Below are positions 29,264 to 40,444 of a stretch of 64,000 nt of DNA, piece by piece. This DNA comes from a virus. Each line of letters opens with the position of its first letter. Position 1 is the stretch's first letter. Under the pieces are notes generated by a model. The model was not told the origin of the DNA, ran no database searches, and worked only from the letters and a program-made list of their open reading frames with translations. The position numbers and the translations under genes were made by a program. The stretch covers positions 32,001-96,000 of the IMG/VR virus record IMGVR_UViG_3300030380_006811, one strand, 5' to 3'.

Positions 29264-30170
29264 TTTATTAGTAGAGAAATTTAGACCTAAAACATTAAAT
29301 AACTACGTTGGTAATGAAAATGTTAAAAAGGCTATAGCATCCTACTTAAACCAAAATGATATACAAAATTTTATATTTTATGGACCTGCAGGTACAGGAA
29401 AAACAACATTAGCAAAGATTATTGTTAATAGCTTAGATTGCGACCATTTATACATTAATGCTTCTGATGAACGTGGTATTGAAACTATTAGGGATAAAGT
29501 CTCTAGTTTTGCATCGGTTGCTTCATTTAAACCCCTTAAAGTAGTTATTTTAGATGAAGCTGATTTTCTTACAATTCAAGCCCAAGCATCACTTAGAAAT
29601 ATAATTGAAACATTTTCACGTACTACAAGGTTTATTATGACTTGTAATTTTATAGAACGTATTATTGATCCTTTACAATCTAGATGCCAAGTACTTAAAA
29701 TTGTACCTCCAACTAAAAAAGACGTTGCTAAACATTTAAGTTGGATTTGCAATGAAGAATCAATTACACATGAAATAAGTGAGTTAGTACCTCTAGTTAA
29801 TCAATATTACCCTGATTTACGTAAATGTATTAATACTATACAGTTGTCAACTGTAGATGGTGGTGCAAATGATTTATATCTTAAATTAGATCAATCAATA
29901 TTAGTATCATCTAATTACATAGATAAAGTTATTACTGCTTTAGCCAATAAATCTAAATTTAATAATATTCGTCAAATTATAGCTGATGCTAATGTAGATG
30001 ATTTTGACGAATTATTTAGGGCATTATATGAGAGAGCATCTGAATACTTACCAGGTAAAGAGGGTACAGTTGCTATTTTAGTTAATGATCACCAATATAA
30101 AGCAAATTTCCGAATCGACAAGGAAATAAATATCATGTCGCTAATTTCAAATTTAATAAATAATAAATAA
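29244..30170 (+). CDS. Clamp loader AAA+ subunit (gp44/RFC-like)
   Basis: VEKFRP, GPAGTGKT, NASDERG, LDEAD, SRC. Confidence 0.92.
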   Translation: MENMDHSLLVEKFRPKTLNNYVGNENVKKAIASYLNQNDIQNFIFYGPAGTGKTTLAKIIVNSLDCDHLYINASDERGIETIRDKVSSFASVASFKPLKVVILDEADFLTIQAQASLRNIIETFSRTTRFIMTCNFIERIIDPLQSRCQVLKIVPPTKKDVAKHLSWICNEESITHEISELVPLVNQYYPDLRKCINTIQLSTVDGGANDLYLKLDQSILVSSNYIDKVITALANKSKFNNIRQIIADANVDDFDELFRALYERASEYLPGKEGTVAILVNDHQYKANFRIDKEINIMSLISNLINNK

Positions 30171-30172
30171 TT

Positions 30173-30415
30173 ATGGAACAACCGGTTCAACAACCTAAAA
30201 TTGATTTATCAAACACTACTGCCTTAAAAAATTTTGATGGTGGTGATACTTTTAAACAAGCATTTATAATCAGAAAAGTCTCTAGATTTGTAACAGGTAC
30301 AGATGAAGACGCTATGATGCCAATTCCAGTGTTTGTATGCACAGAATCAGGAAAAATTGTAGGAGAAGGATTACCACCTGAATTAAGAGAAGAATATAAG
30401 GATCAACTTCTTTAA
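30173..30415 (+). CDS. Hypothetical protein
   Basis: ORF track. Confidence 0.65.
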   Translation: MEQPVQQPKIDLSNTTALKNFDGGDTFKQAFIIRKVSRFVTGTDEDAMMPIPVFVCTESGKIVGEGLPPELREEYKDQLL

Positions 30416-30831
30416 TGAAAAATATTTTTGATTGGTTAAAAGCAATTAATACTACAAAACCTCCCGTAGAGTCCTTTACAGATAAAGATTGGGAGGTTTG
30501 GAATAGTTATATGATTCATAGATTTATTAGTATGAATCTTGATTATTTAGATATAGTAAATTATGTTCAAGAATTTCCTCCACAGGAGAAAAAAATGATT
30601 TATAATATCTATAAAGAATTTATTCCTAAAAACAGTAAATGGAATAAATATATTAAATCAAGCAATAAAGAACCAAATAAAGATTTAGTAGAACACATTA
30701 AAAACTATTACGAATGTTCAGTAAGAGAGGCAAAAGAATATTTATGTATATTAGACCAAATAGATATAAAAAGTATATTATCTAGTATGGGATTAGAAAA
30801 AAAAGAAATAACTAAATTAATTAAATTATGA
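30415..30831 (+). CDS. Clamp loader small subunit (gp62-like)
   Basis: FDWL.AIN, YMIHRF.SM, YY.CS..EAKEYL. Confidence 0.65.
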   Translation: MKNIFDWLKAINTTKPPVESFTDKDWEVWNSYMIHRFISMNLDYLDIVNYVQEFPPQEKKMIYNIYKEFIPKNSKWNKYIKSSNKEPNKDLVEHIKNYYECSVREAKEYLCILDQIDIKSILSSMGLEKKEITKLIKL

Positions 30832-31055
30832 ATTTACAAGTGTATAAATTTTTAAAATCTGAAGCTGAAGCTGATAAAAATAAAGCTTTAGCAAGTATAG
30901 AATTACTAACTAACCATCCAGCGGGAATAGGTGATCATTCAACTAAAGACTATTGGGATAATTGCACTGAAGCATTAAAATTATTATCTTCTGCAGATGA
31001 AAGGTTAGAAATTTTAGAAAAATATTTTCAAATTAAAGATCAAGTTAATGGGTGA
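30828..31055 (+). CDS. Conserved phage protein
   Basis: PAGIGDHS motif. Confidence 0.6.
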   Translation: MNLQVYKFLKSEAEADKNKALASIELLTNHPAGIGDHSTKDYWDNCTEALKLLSSADERLEILEKYFQIKDQVNG

Positions 31056-31518
31056 TAGTGTAAGTAAGTACTATGAATTAGTTAGTGAAGAAGAATTTGA
31101 TAAATTAGTTGAAAATGATAAAGCTGATTTGGGAGCATCTTTAGAAAAACAAGCTAAGCATACTAATTGGGAAGAAGAATATATGGATGTTATAACTCAC
31201 TTTGAAAAGGAATACCCAGAATTATCATCTGAATTTAAATTAATCCAAAAAGAAATGTATGATATGTTTGCTCGCAAACATATGGATTATGGTTTAAATA
31301 ATATTGCTTTAGGTGGTGATTTAACTAATGCGGAAGATAAAAAATTTTCACTTACTGGTTTAGCAATTAGATTAACTGATAAAATTAGTAGATTAAAAAA
31401 CCTCCTTATTAACGGCAAAAATTTTGTTGAAGGTGAAGGAATGGAAGATACGTTTATTGATATAGCCAATTATGGAATAATTGGATTGTTAGTAGGACGT
31501 GACAAATGGAAAAAATAA
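31048..31518 (+). CDS. Nucleotide-modification-associated domain (DUF1599-like)
   Basis: RKH.DYG, RL.DK..RL, DT..DIANY. Confidence 0.75.
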   Translation: MGDSVSKYYELVSEEEFDKLVENDKADLGASLEKQAKHTNWEEEYMDVITHFEKEYPELSSEFKLIQKEMYDMFARKHMDYGLNNIALGGDLTNAEDKKFSLTGLAIRLTDKISRLKNLLINGKNFVEGEGMEDTFIDIANYGIIGLLVGRDKWKK

Positions 31519-31521
31519 ATT

Positions 31522-32490
31522 TTGGCTAGAAAAATACCTAGAATAGTTAGGGAAATTAGAAATAATCCACCCCAAGAGATTAATTTTGCTTATCAAAAAA
31601 ATGTCTCTTATTCGCAAATGTCTATATTTCGTAGTTGTCCCCATCGTTGGAAATTACAATATAAAGATAAAATTAGGGTATTTACATCTTCAATTCATAC
31701 TGTATTTGGGACAGCCATCCATGAGGTATTACAACATTATTTAGATATAATGTTTGATACTAGTGCTGCTAATGCCGATAGAATTGATTTAGAAGAATTA
31801 TTCCAAGAAAAATTTATTGGCGAATACCAAAACCAATATAAAAGAAATAATAATCAACATTTTTCATCTGCTGAAGAAATGAGGGAATTTTTTGAAGATG
31901 GAGTTGGGATCCTAAATTGGTTTAAAAAGAAAAGATCTAGATATTTTTCAAGAAGAGGTTATCATTTAGTAGGATGTGAGTTACCTATAATAATTTCTCC
32001 AAATAAAATGTATAACAACATAAAATACACAGGGTATCTAGATGTTGTATTATATCATGAACCAACTCAGACATTCAAGATAATCGACATTAAAACCAGT
32101 ACTAAGGGGTGGAATGCTAGAGATAAGAAAAATGAAGATAAACAATATCAATTACTTTTATATAAACAATTTTTTAGTGAACAATATGGGGTTCCATTAA
32201 ATAATATTGATATTGAATTTTTTATTGTAAAAAGAAAAGTATTAGATTGGGATGATGAAAATATTATGTCTCCCCATCAAGCTTATAGAGTACAAACATT
32301 TGCCCCACCTAGTGGGAAAATTAAACTAGGAAGAGCTAAAAGAGCAATTACTAACTTTATAAACGAATGTTTTAATGTAAATGGGGATATTAAAGACATA
32401 GAATATCCAAAATCAGTTTCAAAATGGAATTGTATGTTTTGTCCTTTTAAAGAAGATAAAGAAACTTGTGGAGAAGGTATAATTTACTAA
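31522..32490 (+). CDS. Cas4/AddB-like PD-(D/E)xK exonuclease with Fe-S cysteines
   Basis: SYSQ...CP, FGTAIH, GYLD, IIDIKT, QL.LY, CMFCPF....C. Confidence 0.85.
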   Translation: MARKIPRIVREIRNNPPQEINFAYQKNVSYSQMSIFRSCPHRWKLQYKDKIRVFTSSIHTVFGTAIHEVLQHYLDIMFDTSAANADRIDLEELFQEKFIGEYQNQYKRNNNQHFSSAEEMREFFEDGVGILNWFKKKRSRYFSRRGYHLVGCELPIIISPNKMYNNIKYTGYLDVVLYHEPTQTFKIIDIKTSTKGWNARDKKNEDKQYQLLLYKQFFSEQYGVPLNNIDIEFFIVKRKVLDWDDENIMSPHQAYRVQTFAPPSGKIKLGRAKRAITNFINECFNVNGDIKDIEYPKSVSKWNCMFCPFKEDKETCGEGIIY

Positions 32491-32536
32491 ACTCCTAATA
32501 TATGTATATAAAAATAATGTTATTAAAATAAAGATT

Positions 32537-32737
32537 ATGAGTATAAAAAAAGACATGACACTTACAAGTGTTAAAGTTAAAAGCGATCTATTTGAGAATT
32601 TTAAGATTGAGTGTGTGAAACGGAAATTTTCTTTTCAAAAACTTGCCGATCGGGCTTTGTTTTTGTATCTTACTGATGAAGATTTTCGTAAACAAATTAC
32701 TAATCAAATAAATCTCGATATAGAAAATGGACAATAA
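32537..32737 (+). CDS. Small ribbon-helix-helix-like DNA-binding protein
   Basis: TSVKV beta strand followed by two helices. Confidence 0.55.
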   Translation: MSIKKDMTLTSVKVKSDLFENFKIECVKRKFSFQKLADRALFLYLTDEDFRKQITNQINLDIENGQ

Positions 32738-34178
32738 AAATTTTGACTATATACCCAAAGATAAAAGAAAAAAAATTCTTTTAATTTGTGATGATATTAG
32801 AGTACATTCTGGTGTTGCTACTGTAGCAAAAGAAATAGTTACTTATACTGCAAATCACTTTAATTGGGCTCAAATAGCTGGAGCTATTAAACATCCAGAT
32901 AATGGTAAAATTTTGGACCTATCAGATGATACTAATAAAATAGCAAATATTAAAGATTCATATGTAAAGATATACCCAGTTGATGGTTATGGAAATGAAA
33001 TGATTCTTAGAGAAATAATAGGAGTTGAAAAACCCGATGCTATAATGTTATTTACGGATCCAAGATATTTTACTCATATATGGAGAATGGAGGCAGAAAT
33101 AAGGAAAATTTGCCCTATTATTTATTTAAATATTTGGGATGATTATCCTGCTCCTATGTATAATAGTCCTTTTTATGAAGCATGTGATTTATTATTAGGG
33201 ATATCTAAACAAACTGTAAATATTAATAAATTAGTATTACAAGGAAAAGAATCAAATAAGTTATTTAAATATCTTCCTCATGGTAAAAATGAAAATCTTT
33301 TTTACCCCTTAAATGAAAAAGAAAAATCTAGTAAAGAGTTTACTGATTTTAAAACTTCAATTTTTAAGAATATCGATCCTAAATTTGTAGCATTTTTCAA
33401 TTCAAGAAATATTAGAAGGAAACAAATACCAGATACATTATTAGCTTTTAGAGAATTTTTATATTCTTTACCTAAGGAAGAAGCTAAAAAGTGTTTTTTA
33501 ATTTTACATACTGAAATTGTAACTGATCATGGTACTAATTTAGATAGAGTAAAAGAATATTTATTTGATGAGCATTTCCCTGATCAAATTATTTTTAGTA
33601 CTAGCAAATTAGATGAAAAACACTTAAATTATTTATATAATATAACAGATGTTCAGATGTTGTTAACTTCAAATGAAGGTTGGGGTTTAACTATTACTGA
33701 AGCTATATTAGCGGGTACTCCTATTATTGCAAATACAACAGGAGGAATGCAGGATCAAATGAGATTTATAGATAATAAAGGTAAATGGTTTACTCCTGAT
33801 GCTGATATACCTTCTAATCATAGGGGCACTTATAAAAATCATGGTGAATGGGCATTTCCTGTTTATCCAACTTCAAGATCAATTCAAGGGTCCCCTCCAA
33901 CACCCTACATTTATGATGATAGATGTAAGTGGGAAGATGCTTTTGAACGTTTAAAGGAATGCTATAAGTTAGGTAGGGAAGAATTGAAACAAAGAGGTTT
34001 AAAGGGCCGTGAATGGGCTATTAGTAATGAAGCAGGATTTACATCAACACATCAAGCCAATAGATTTGTACAAGGAGTAAATGAATTGTTTAGCACTTGG
34101 AAGCCAAGAGAAAAATATGAATTAGTTAGTGCTAATGAGTATAAAGGTAAATTTTTAAATCATAAAGTTATATATTAA
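32727..34178 (+). CDS. Glycosyltransferase GT-B (GT4-like)
   Basis: RNIRRKQ, NEGWGLTITEA..AGTPII. Confidence 0.88.
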   Translation: MDNKNFDYIPKDKRKKILLICDDIRVHSGVATVAKEIVTYTANHFNWAQIAGAIKHPDNGKILDLSDDTNKIANIKDSYVKIYPVDGYGNEMILREIIGVEKPDAIMLFTDPRYFTHIWRMEAEIRKICPIIYLNIWDDYPAPMYNSPFYEACDLLLGISKQTVNINKLVLQGKESNKLFKYLPHGKNENLFYPLNEKEKSSKEFTDFKTSIFKNIDPKFVAFFNSRNIRRKQIPDTLLAFREFLYSLPKEEAKKCFLILHTEIVTDHGTNLDRVKEYLFDEHFPDQIIFSTSKLDEKHLNYLYNITDVQMLLTSNEGWGLTITEAILAGTPIIANTTGGMQDQMRFIDNKGKWFTPDADIPSNHRGTYKNHGEWAFPVYPTSRSIQGSPPTPYIYDDRCKWEDAFERLKECYKLGREELKQRGLKGREWAISNEAGFTSTHQANRFVQGVNELFSTWKPREKYELVSANEYKGKFLNHKVIY

Positions 34179-35449
34179 TGAATAAACCAGTTTTTGTAAT
34201 AAGTTGTCCGTTTGACACCTATAGTGGGTATGGGGCAAGATCAAGAGATATAGTTAAAGCTATTATTGAATTAGATGAGTATGATGTAAAATTACTACCA
34301 CAAAGATGGGGATCCACTTCATGGGGATTTTGTAATGATCATTCTGAATGGGAATTTTTGTATAACCATCAAATTAAACAAATAACTTCTCAACCCGATG
34401 TTTGGATGCAAATAACTATTCCCAATGAGTTTAGTCCTGTAGGCAAATATAATATTGGTTGTACTGCAGGCATAGAAGCAAACGCCTGCAAACCAGAATG
34501 GATTGAAGGTTTAAATAGAATGGATATGAATTGGGTATCTTCTAATTTTGCAAAAGATACATTTGAAAATATGAATTTTGAGAAGAAGGATAAAAGAACA
34601 AACCAAACTGTAAATGTAGTTAAAGTTGAAAAACCTATACATGTTGTTTTTGAAGGTGTAGATTTAAATGTATACAAACCATTAAAAAATTCAGAATTAA
34701 AAACTTTTGATTTTAGTGATATTAAAGAAGATTTTTGTTTCCTATTTGTGGGACATTGGATGAATGGGGGCATTGGACATGATAGAAAAAATGTTGGAGC
34801 TTTAGTAAAACTTTTTTATGAAAGTTTCAAAAACAAAAAGAAAAAACCAGCATTAATTTTAAAATCATCAACTGGAGTAGCTGGGTATGTAAGTAGAGAA
34901 GAAATACTAGATAGAATAAAACATATCCGAAAAACTATGGATACTAAAAATTTACCTAACATTTATATACTAAATGGAGAATTTGATGATTCAGAAATTA
35001 ATGAATTATATAACCACCCTAAAGTTAAATGTATGGTAAGTTTAACTAAAGGTGAAGGATTTGGTAGACCATTATTAGAATTTACTACAACAGGTAAACC
35101 AGTTATAGCTTCTGGTTGGTCGGGTCATGTTGATTTTCTAAAAGAACATTCAACACTATTGCCCGGAGGATTAGAAAATGTTCATCAAAGTGCTGCTAAT
35201 AACTGGTTAATTAAAGAAGCTCAATGGTTTAAACCTGATATGTCAGTAGCAGTAAACGTATTTAGGGAATATTTTAAAAAACCTAAAGGTTTAAATGAAA
35301 AAGGAAAAAAACAAAAGTACTATACTAAAAAGAACTTTAGTTGGGATGAAATGAAAAAAGTAGTTAATAAACTTTTAACAGATAATCTTCCTAAATTTGC
35401 TAAACAAGTTGAACTAAAATTACCAACTTTAAACTTACCTAAATTATGA
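34178..35449 (+). CDS. Glycosyltransferase GT-B (GT4-like)
   Basis: SGYG, RKN, GEGFGRPLLE...GKPVIAS. Confidence 0.88.
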   Translation: MNKPVFVISCPFDTYSGYGARSRDIVKAIIELDEYDVKLLPQRWGSTSWGFCNDHSEWEFLYNHQIKQITSQPDVWMQITIPNEFSPVGKYNIGCTAGIEANACKPEWIEGLNRMDMNWVSSNFAKDTFENMNFEKKDKRTNQTVNVVKVEKPIHVVFEGVDLNVYKPLKNSELKTFDFSDIKEDFCFLFVGHWMNGGIGHDRKNVGALVKLFYESFKNKKKKPALILKSSTGVAGYVSREEILDRIKHIRKTMDTKNLPNIYILNGEFDDSEINELYNHPKVKCMVSLTKGEGFGRPLLEFTTTGKPVIASGWSGHVDFLKEHSTLLPGGLENVHQSAANNWLIKEAQWFKPDMSVAVNVFREYFKKPKGLNEKGKKQKYYTKKNFSWDEMKKVVNKLLTDNLPKFAKQVELKLPTLNLPKL

Positions 35450-35889
35450 AATACGATGCCCTAAAGGAATGCACTAGATGTGGATCAGATGCTTGTTACA
35501 CCCAGGAAGTAACTAAAGATATTTCTATTGAAATGTGTTATGGGTGTGGATTTCAAAGTAATAGCGTAATTAAAAAAGGAAATGATTTTTTTAATGAACA
35601 ATTTGAAACACTCCCTGAATTGTATAAGGAACTAATGGATGAAGAAGAAGATACAGGTAAAATATGGATGCCCACTATTATCAATTTAAAAGATAAAGGC
35701 ATGGTGTTTGCAGATGGAACTGGAAGGGATAATTGGAAATGGGCTGCAGTTAAAGTAGCTAAAGTACTAAAAGAAGAAAAAGAGAAATTTAAAGGCCAAA
35801 AATATAAACCTGATATGTCAACTATAAAACACTACTCAGAACGTGAGTTTATAGAAGCACTTTCGTATATTGGTGTTTTACCTGAATAA
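35446..35889 (+). CDS. Zn-ribbon protein
   Basis: CTRC...CYGC. Confidence 0.65.
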   Translation: MKYDALKECTRCGSDACYTQEVTKDISIEMCYGCGFQSNSVIKKGNDFFNEQFETLPELYKELMDEEEDTGKIWMPTIINLKDKGMVFADGTGRDNWKWAAVKVAKVLKEEKEKFKGQKYKPDMSTIKHYSEREFIEALSYIGVLPE

Positions 35890-35890
35890 T

Positions 35891-36514
35891 ATGAAAATAA
35901 GTTATGCTATTACAGTTTGTAATGAATTTGTAGAAATTCAAAATTTAGTTTCATTCCTTCTTAAATATAAAAGAAGCAAAGATGAAATAGTAATTTTATA
36001 TGATTCCAAAAATGGTGATGAGGGGGTTGAAGAATTTTTAAGATCTCATTCTGTAAATAATGATTTTATTTGGTATGAAGGAGATTTTAATAACCATTTT
36101 GCTGATTGGAAAAACCATCTAACGTCTTTATGTAATGGTGATTATATTTTTCAAATAGATGCTGATGAAATTCCTCACCAAACATTAATTGAAAATCTAC
36201 CAGTAATTTTAGAAGGTAATCCTGATAATGAAGTTTATTTAATTCCTAGAGTTAACACAGTAGAGGGTTTAACACAAGATCATATTAATAAATGGAGATG
36301 GAATGTTAATGAAAAAGGATGGGTAAATTGGCCTGATTATCAATGGAGACTTTGGAAAAATAAACCAGAAATAAAATGGATAAATAAAGTTCATGAAAGA
36401 TTAGAAGGGTATAAAACGTATGCTCATATTCCTCAAGTAGAAAGGCTAGCTTTATATCATCCAAAAGAAATAGAAAGACAAGAAAAACAAAACGAATATT
36501 ACAATACATTATGA
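35891..36514 (+). CDS. Glycosyltransferase GT2
   Basis: ISYAITV.NE, IDADE, VHE. Confidence 0.85.
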   Translation: MKISYAITVCNEFVEIQNLVSFLLKYKRSKDEIVILYDSKNGDEGVEEFLRSHSVNNDFIWYEGDFNNHFADWKNHLTSLCNGDYIFQIDADEIPHQTLIENLPVILEGNPDNEVYLIPRVNTVEGLTQDHINKWRWNVNEKGWVNWPDYQWRLWKNKPEIKWINKVHERLEGYKTYAHIPQVERLALYHPKEIERQEKQNEYYNTL

Positions 36515-37338
36515 TAGGGATTATAGGACAAGGGTTTGTAGGTAATGCTATATATCAAAAATTTAAAAACTTTTTTGATGTAAAAACGTATGATTTAAAA
36601 GTAAAATTATGTAATTCAACATTTGAGGAAGTTGCCAGACAAGATATTATATTTGTTTGTTTACCAACACCAATGGATAAAGATGGAAGTTGCCATATAG
36701 GTTTAGTAGAACAAACACTTCATAATATATCAGTTGCTAAATCACCAAATTTATTTAGAACAGTAGTAATTAAATCAACAATCCCTCCAGGTACAACAAA
36801 AAAACTAAACGTTAAATATCCAAATCTACATATAGCATTTAATCCTGAATTTTTAACTGAAGCAAATGCAGTATTAGATTTTGAAAACCAAAACAGAGTT
36901 ATCTTGGGAGGACATAGAGAAGCAACCACTAAACTCAGAAGAATATACTCAAAAGTATTTCCCACAGCTCATATTATTAAAACATCTTCTACCCATGCTG
37001 AAATGGTAAAATACTTAACAAATGCTTTTTTAGCTACTAAAGTATCATTTGCAAATGAAATGTATCAAATATGTGAAGGATTAGGTGTTGACTATGATAA
37101 AGTTATAGAATATGCTATGTTAGATGACAGACTAGGAAATACTCATTGGAACGTCCCAGGACCAGATGGAGATTTTGGATATGGAGGACATTGTTTTCCT
37201 AAAGATATTAAAGCATTAATTAAAGTAGCAGAATCTTTATCTGTTCATCCTACTGTATTAATATCAACTAATACAAAGAATAATGAAGTTAGGGTTAATA
37301 AAGATTGGGAAAATATGAAGGGAAGAGCAGTAATATAA
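36511..37338 (+). CDS. UDP-glucose/GDP-mannose dehydrogenase family protein (short form)
   Basis: GQGFVG, CLPTP, KST.PPG, NPEFL, GGHCFPKD. Confidence 0.9.
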   Translation: MIGIIGQGFVGNAIYQKFKNFFDVKTYDLKVKLCNSTFEEVARQDIIFVCLPTPMDKDGSCHIGLVEQTLHNISVAKSPNLFRTVVIKSTIPPGTTKKLNVKYPNLHIAFNPEFLTEANAVLDFENQNRVILGGHREATTKLRRIYSKVFPTAHIIKTSSTHAEMVKYLTNAFLATKVSFANEMYQICEGLGVDYDKVIEYAMLDDRLGNTHWNVPGPDGDFGYGGHCFPKDIKALIKVAESLSVHPTVLISTNTKNNEVRVNKDWENMKGRAVI

Positions 37339-37348
37339 TTATAAAGGA

Positions 37349-38392
37349 ATGAAAAATACAGTATTAATAACAGGTGTAGCAGGTTTACTAGGTAGTCGCT
37401 TAGCTGATTGGATAATTCAAAACCAACCAAATACAACAGTAATTGGTGTTGATGATTTAAGTGGAGGCTTTGAAGAAAATATCCACCCAGATGTTAAATT
37501 TTGGCAAATGGATTTAGTTAACCACCCAATTGAAAACATATTTGAAGCACATAAAATTGACTATGTATATCATTTTGCGGCATATGCTGCTGAAGGGTTA
37601 TCGCCTTTTATACGTGGATACAATTATGATAACAACTTAAAAGCAACAGCACGCCTAGTTAATGAATGTATAAAACATGACGTTAAAAGATTGATTTTTA
37701 CGTCTACTTTAGCTGTATATGGTCATGGTTATGGTGGTATATTTGATGAAAAACAACAACAAGCACCAATTGATCCTTATGGGGTAGCAAAATATGCTTG
37801 CGAAATGGATATTCAAATTGCAGGTGAACAACATGGTTTAGATTGGTGTATAATTAGACCTCATAATGTTTATGGTATTAAACAGAATATCTGGGACAAA
37901 TACAGAAATGTACTTGGTATCTGGATGTTCCAGTATTTAAATGGTATGGATATAACCATATTTGGTGATGGTGAACAAACAAGAGCATTTAGTTATATAG
38001 ATGATTCATTAGAACCATTATGGAATGCTGCTGTTAAACCTGAGGCAAGTAAGGAAATTATCAATTTAGGTGGAATAAAAAGTTATCCTATAAATGTGGC
38101 AGCTGAGACGTTAGTTGAAGTATTACAGGAAGAAGAAGGTATAAGTGATTTTGAAATCCCAATTTTATATCTAGAAGGTAGACATGAAGTAAAACATTCA
38201 ATCCCTACATGGCAAAAATCAATTGATATATTAGGATTTGAACATAAAACTGATCTAAAAGAAGGATTAAGACAAATGTGGAATTGGGCTAAAAAACAAC
38301 CTATGAGAGATAGATTTGTTTGGCCTAGTTATGAATTAGAAAAAGGTATATATAGTTTTTGGAAAAATGAAACTAAAAAAATTAATAAATAA
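37349..38392 (+). CDS. NAD-dependent epimerase/dehydratase
   Basis: TGVAGLLG, YGVAK, RPHNVYG. Confidence 0.9.
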   Translation: MKNTVLITGVAGLLGSRLADWIIQNQPNTTVIGVDDLSGGFEENIHPDVKFWQMDLVNHPIENIFEAHKIDYVYHFAAYAAEGLSPFIRGYNYDNNLKATARLVNECIKHDVKRLIFTSTLAVYGHGYGGIFDEKQQQAPIDPYGVAKYACEMDIQIAGEQHGLDWCIIRPHNVYGIKQNIWDKYRNVLGIWMFQYLNGMDITIFGDGEQTRAFSYIDDSLEPLWNAAVKPEASKEIINLGGIKSYPINVAAETLVEVLQEEEGISDFEIPILYLEGRHEVKHSIPTWQKSIDILGFEHKTDLKEGLRQMWNWAKKQPMRDRFVWPSYELEKGIYSFWKNETKKINK

Positions 38393-39161
38393 AAGTTATT
38401 ATTGTTCTATAGGTTATATAAGTAGTGAAGATGATCTCCCACTCCTAGAAAGATATATATTACATAATTTACCTGTCCTTAAAGAGTTTAAACAACATAT
38501 AATAGTTACTAATTACTCAGGTGACTATAAAACTCAAAATTCTGAATTATGGGTGAAATATTTCCCTAATTGTATATTAATAGACTTAGAAAAAAATAGA
38601 GGTCATTCATTTGGGATAGCAGATCAAGAAAATACTATAATTGATTATTGCCACAAAAACAATATTAAATGGATCTGTAAGTCGGCACATGATGTAATTT
38701 TTACTAAAGAAATATTAAATACTAAAATTGATAAAGATAATGATTTTTATTATATGAATGGTATTGGTTATGGAGGAATGGAAAAATATAATTTTGATTT
38801 AGATAAAGTTGAAAAAAATGATTTTTACCCCCAGACAAATTTTTATTTTTTAAATACAAGTAAAATAGATTATCTTTATGATAAAAAATATGTAGATGAA
38901 ACTTATGATTATATCCAAGATATAGAAGATTATAACGGAAAAGTTTGGCATTATATTGAAGGGTGGTCATGTGAGGATTTTTTAAAAAAATGTATTATTA
39001 GGAATAATTTATCTAAATATCACTTGATCCCAAATGAAAAATATCGTATATTATTAGAAACAGTAAAAACAGAAAAGATTATAGACTCCAGCCATAAAAA
39101 TATTATGATAGAAGGAATATGCCACTATCAAAATGCTAATGAACCAGTTTTAGTTATATGA
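38367..39161 (+). CDS. Putative GT-A-fold protein
   Basis: In the glycosylation island; NRGHSFG...K...D pattern. Confidence 0.45.
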   Translation: MKLKKLINKSYYCSIGYISSEDDLPLLERYILHNLPVLKEFKQHIIVTNYSGDYKTQNSELWVKYFPNCILIDLEKNRGHSFGIADQENTIIDYCHKNNIKWICKSAHDVIFTKEILNTKIDKDNDFYYMNGIGYGGMEKYNFDLDKVEKNDFYPQTNFYFLNTSKIDYLYDKKYVDETYDYIQDIEDYNGKVWHYIEGWSCEDFLKKCIIRNNLSKYHLIPNEKYRILLETVKTEKIIDSSHKNIMIEGICHYQNANEPVLVI

Positions 39162-40441
39162 GAGTAATTTATAGAATATCAGACGCAGGTTATAAAAAAG
39201 AAAAACCTAATTATATTAATAATGAAAAATGTTTGTATAATGCTGCCCTTACATTTCAACAAGCACAATGGAGTATTATAGCAGATAATATATCGGCGGA
39301 TACTGATGATATGATTCAGAAATATTTTAAAAAACACCTTATTAAACATGTTAATGTGGGTCATGGAGCTGGTACTTTTAATTTAGCATTAGATGAAGCA
39401 TTAACTTATGATGATGATGAAATAGTATATTTTATAGAAAATGACTATTTACATAAACCTATTTCATTTAGAGTTTTAAATGAAGGATTTAAGTTAGGAG
39501 CATCATTTGTGTCATTATATGATCATCCAGATAAATACCTTGATCCCGAAAAAGGAGGAAATCCTTATTGTAAAGGTGGAGCTGAAGATACAAGAGTTTA
39601 TTTAACAAATTCTTGTCATTGGAAAATAACAAATAGTACTACTATGACTTTTGCAGCTAAAGTATCTACATTAAAGCGTACAGAAAAAATACTTCGTAAA
39701 CATACTAGTGAGAGACATCCTAATGATTTTAAAATGTTTTTGGAATTAAGAGCAAATAATGAATTATTAATAACTCCCTTACCTGGATACTCAACACATG
39801 GAGAAACAGCTTGGTTAACACCTTTAACAAACTGGAAAAATTATGATTACGAAAAATCCACTAAAAGTTTACAAGAAATATTTGAAACTCACTCAGCACA
39901 AGCTAGGGGAAAAATGAGATGGGGTGCAGGGCATGGAGATAAAGGTACTGTACATTCTTACATCCCTGAGTATGAAAGATTATTTAGTCCTTATAGAGAC
40001 AAAAAAATTAATTTTTTAGAAATTGGTGTTGCTTTTGGTGAATCTTTAGAAATGTGGTACGAATATTTTTCAAAAGAATCTAAAATACATGGCTTAGATA
40101 ACCAAACTAAAGAAATAGCAACAAAATTAGAAGATAATAGATTTGATATCACTATAGAGGATCAAACAGATCCTAATATTGTATCTAAATTAGGTAATAA
40201 AAAATTTGATATTATTTTAGATGATGGTAGTCATGTTTTTGAACACCAAATAAAATCATTTCATTTACTAAAAGATAGTATTAATAAAGGAGGTCTTTAT
40301 GTAATTGAGGATATTGATAATATAGATGAAAAGTATAATGATTTTATGGAATTAAAAAAATATTGCTTAGATTGTGAAATTATAGATCTTAGAAAACAAA
40401 AAAATCGCTATGATGATGTTATAGCAGTATATAAATTTTAA
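39158..40441 (+). CDS. Glycosyltransferase-methyltransferase fusion
   Basis: N-terminal YFIENDYLH; C-terminal LEIGV..G, DIILDDGSH, GGLYVIED. Confidence 0.75.
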   Translation: MRVIYRISDAGYKKEKPNYINNEKCLYNAALTFQQAQWSIIADNISADTDDMIQKYFKKHLIKHVNVGHGAGTFNLALDEALTYDDDEIVYFIENDYLHKPISFRVLNEGFKLGASFVSLYDHPDKYLDPEKGGNPYCKGGAEDTRVYLTNSCHWKITNSTTMTFAAKVSTLKRTEKILRKHTSERHPNDFKMFLELRANNELLITPLPGYSTHGETAWLTPLTNWKNYDYEKSTKSLQEIFETHSAQARGKMRWGAGHGDKGTVHSYIPEYERLFSPYRDKKINFLEIGVAFGESLEMWYEYFSKESKIHGLDNQTKEIATKLEDNRFDITIEDQTDPNIVSKLGNKKFDIILDDGSHVFEHQIKSFHLLKDSINKGGLYVIEDIDNIDEKYNDFMELKKYCLDCEIIDLRKQKNRYDDVIAVYKF

Positions 40442-40444
40442 ATT

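Noticed and set aside
31522-32490. Cas4-like gene as evidence of a CRISPR-Cas system
   Set aside because: No repeat-spacer array or other cas genes seen; solo Cas4-like nucleases are common in phage replication modules
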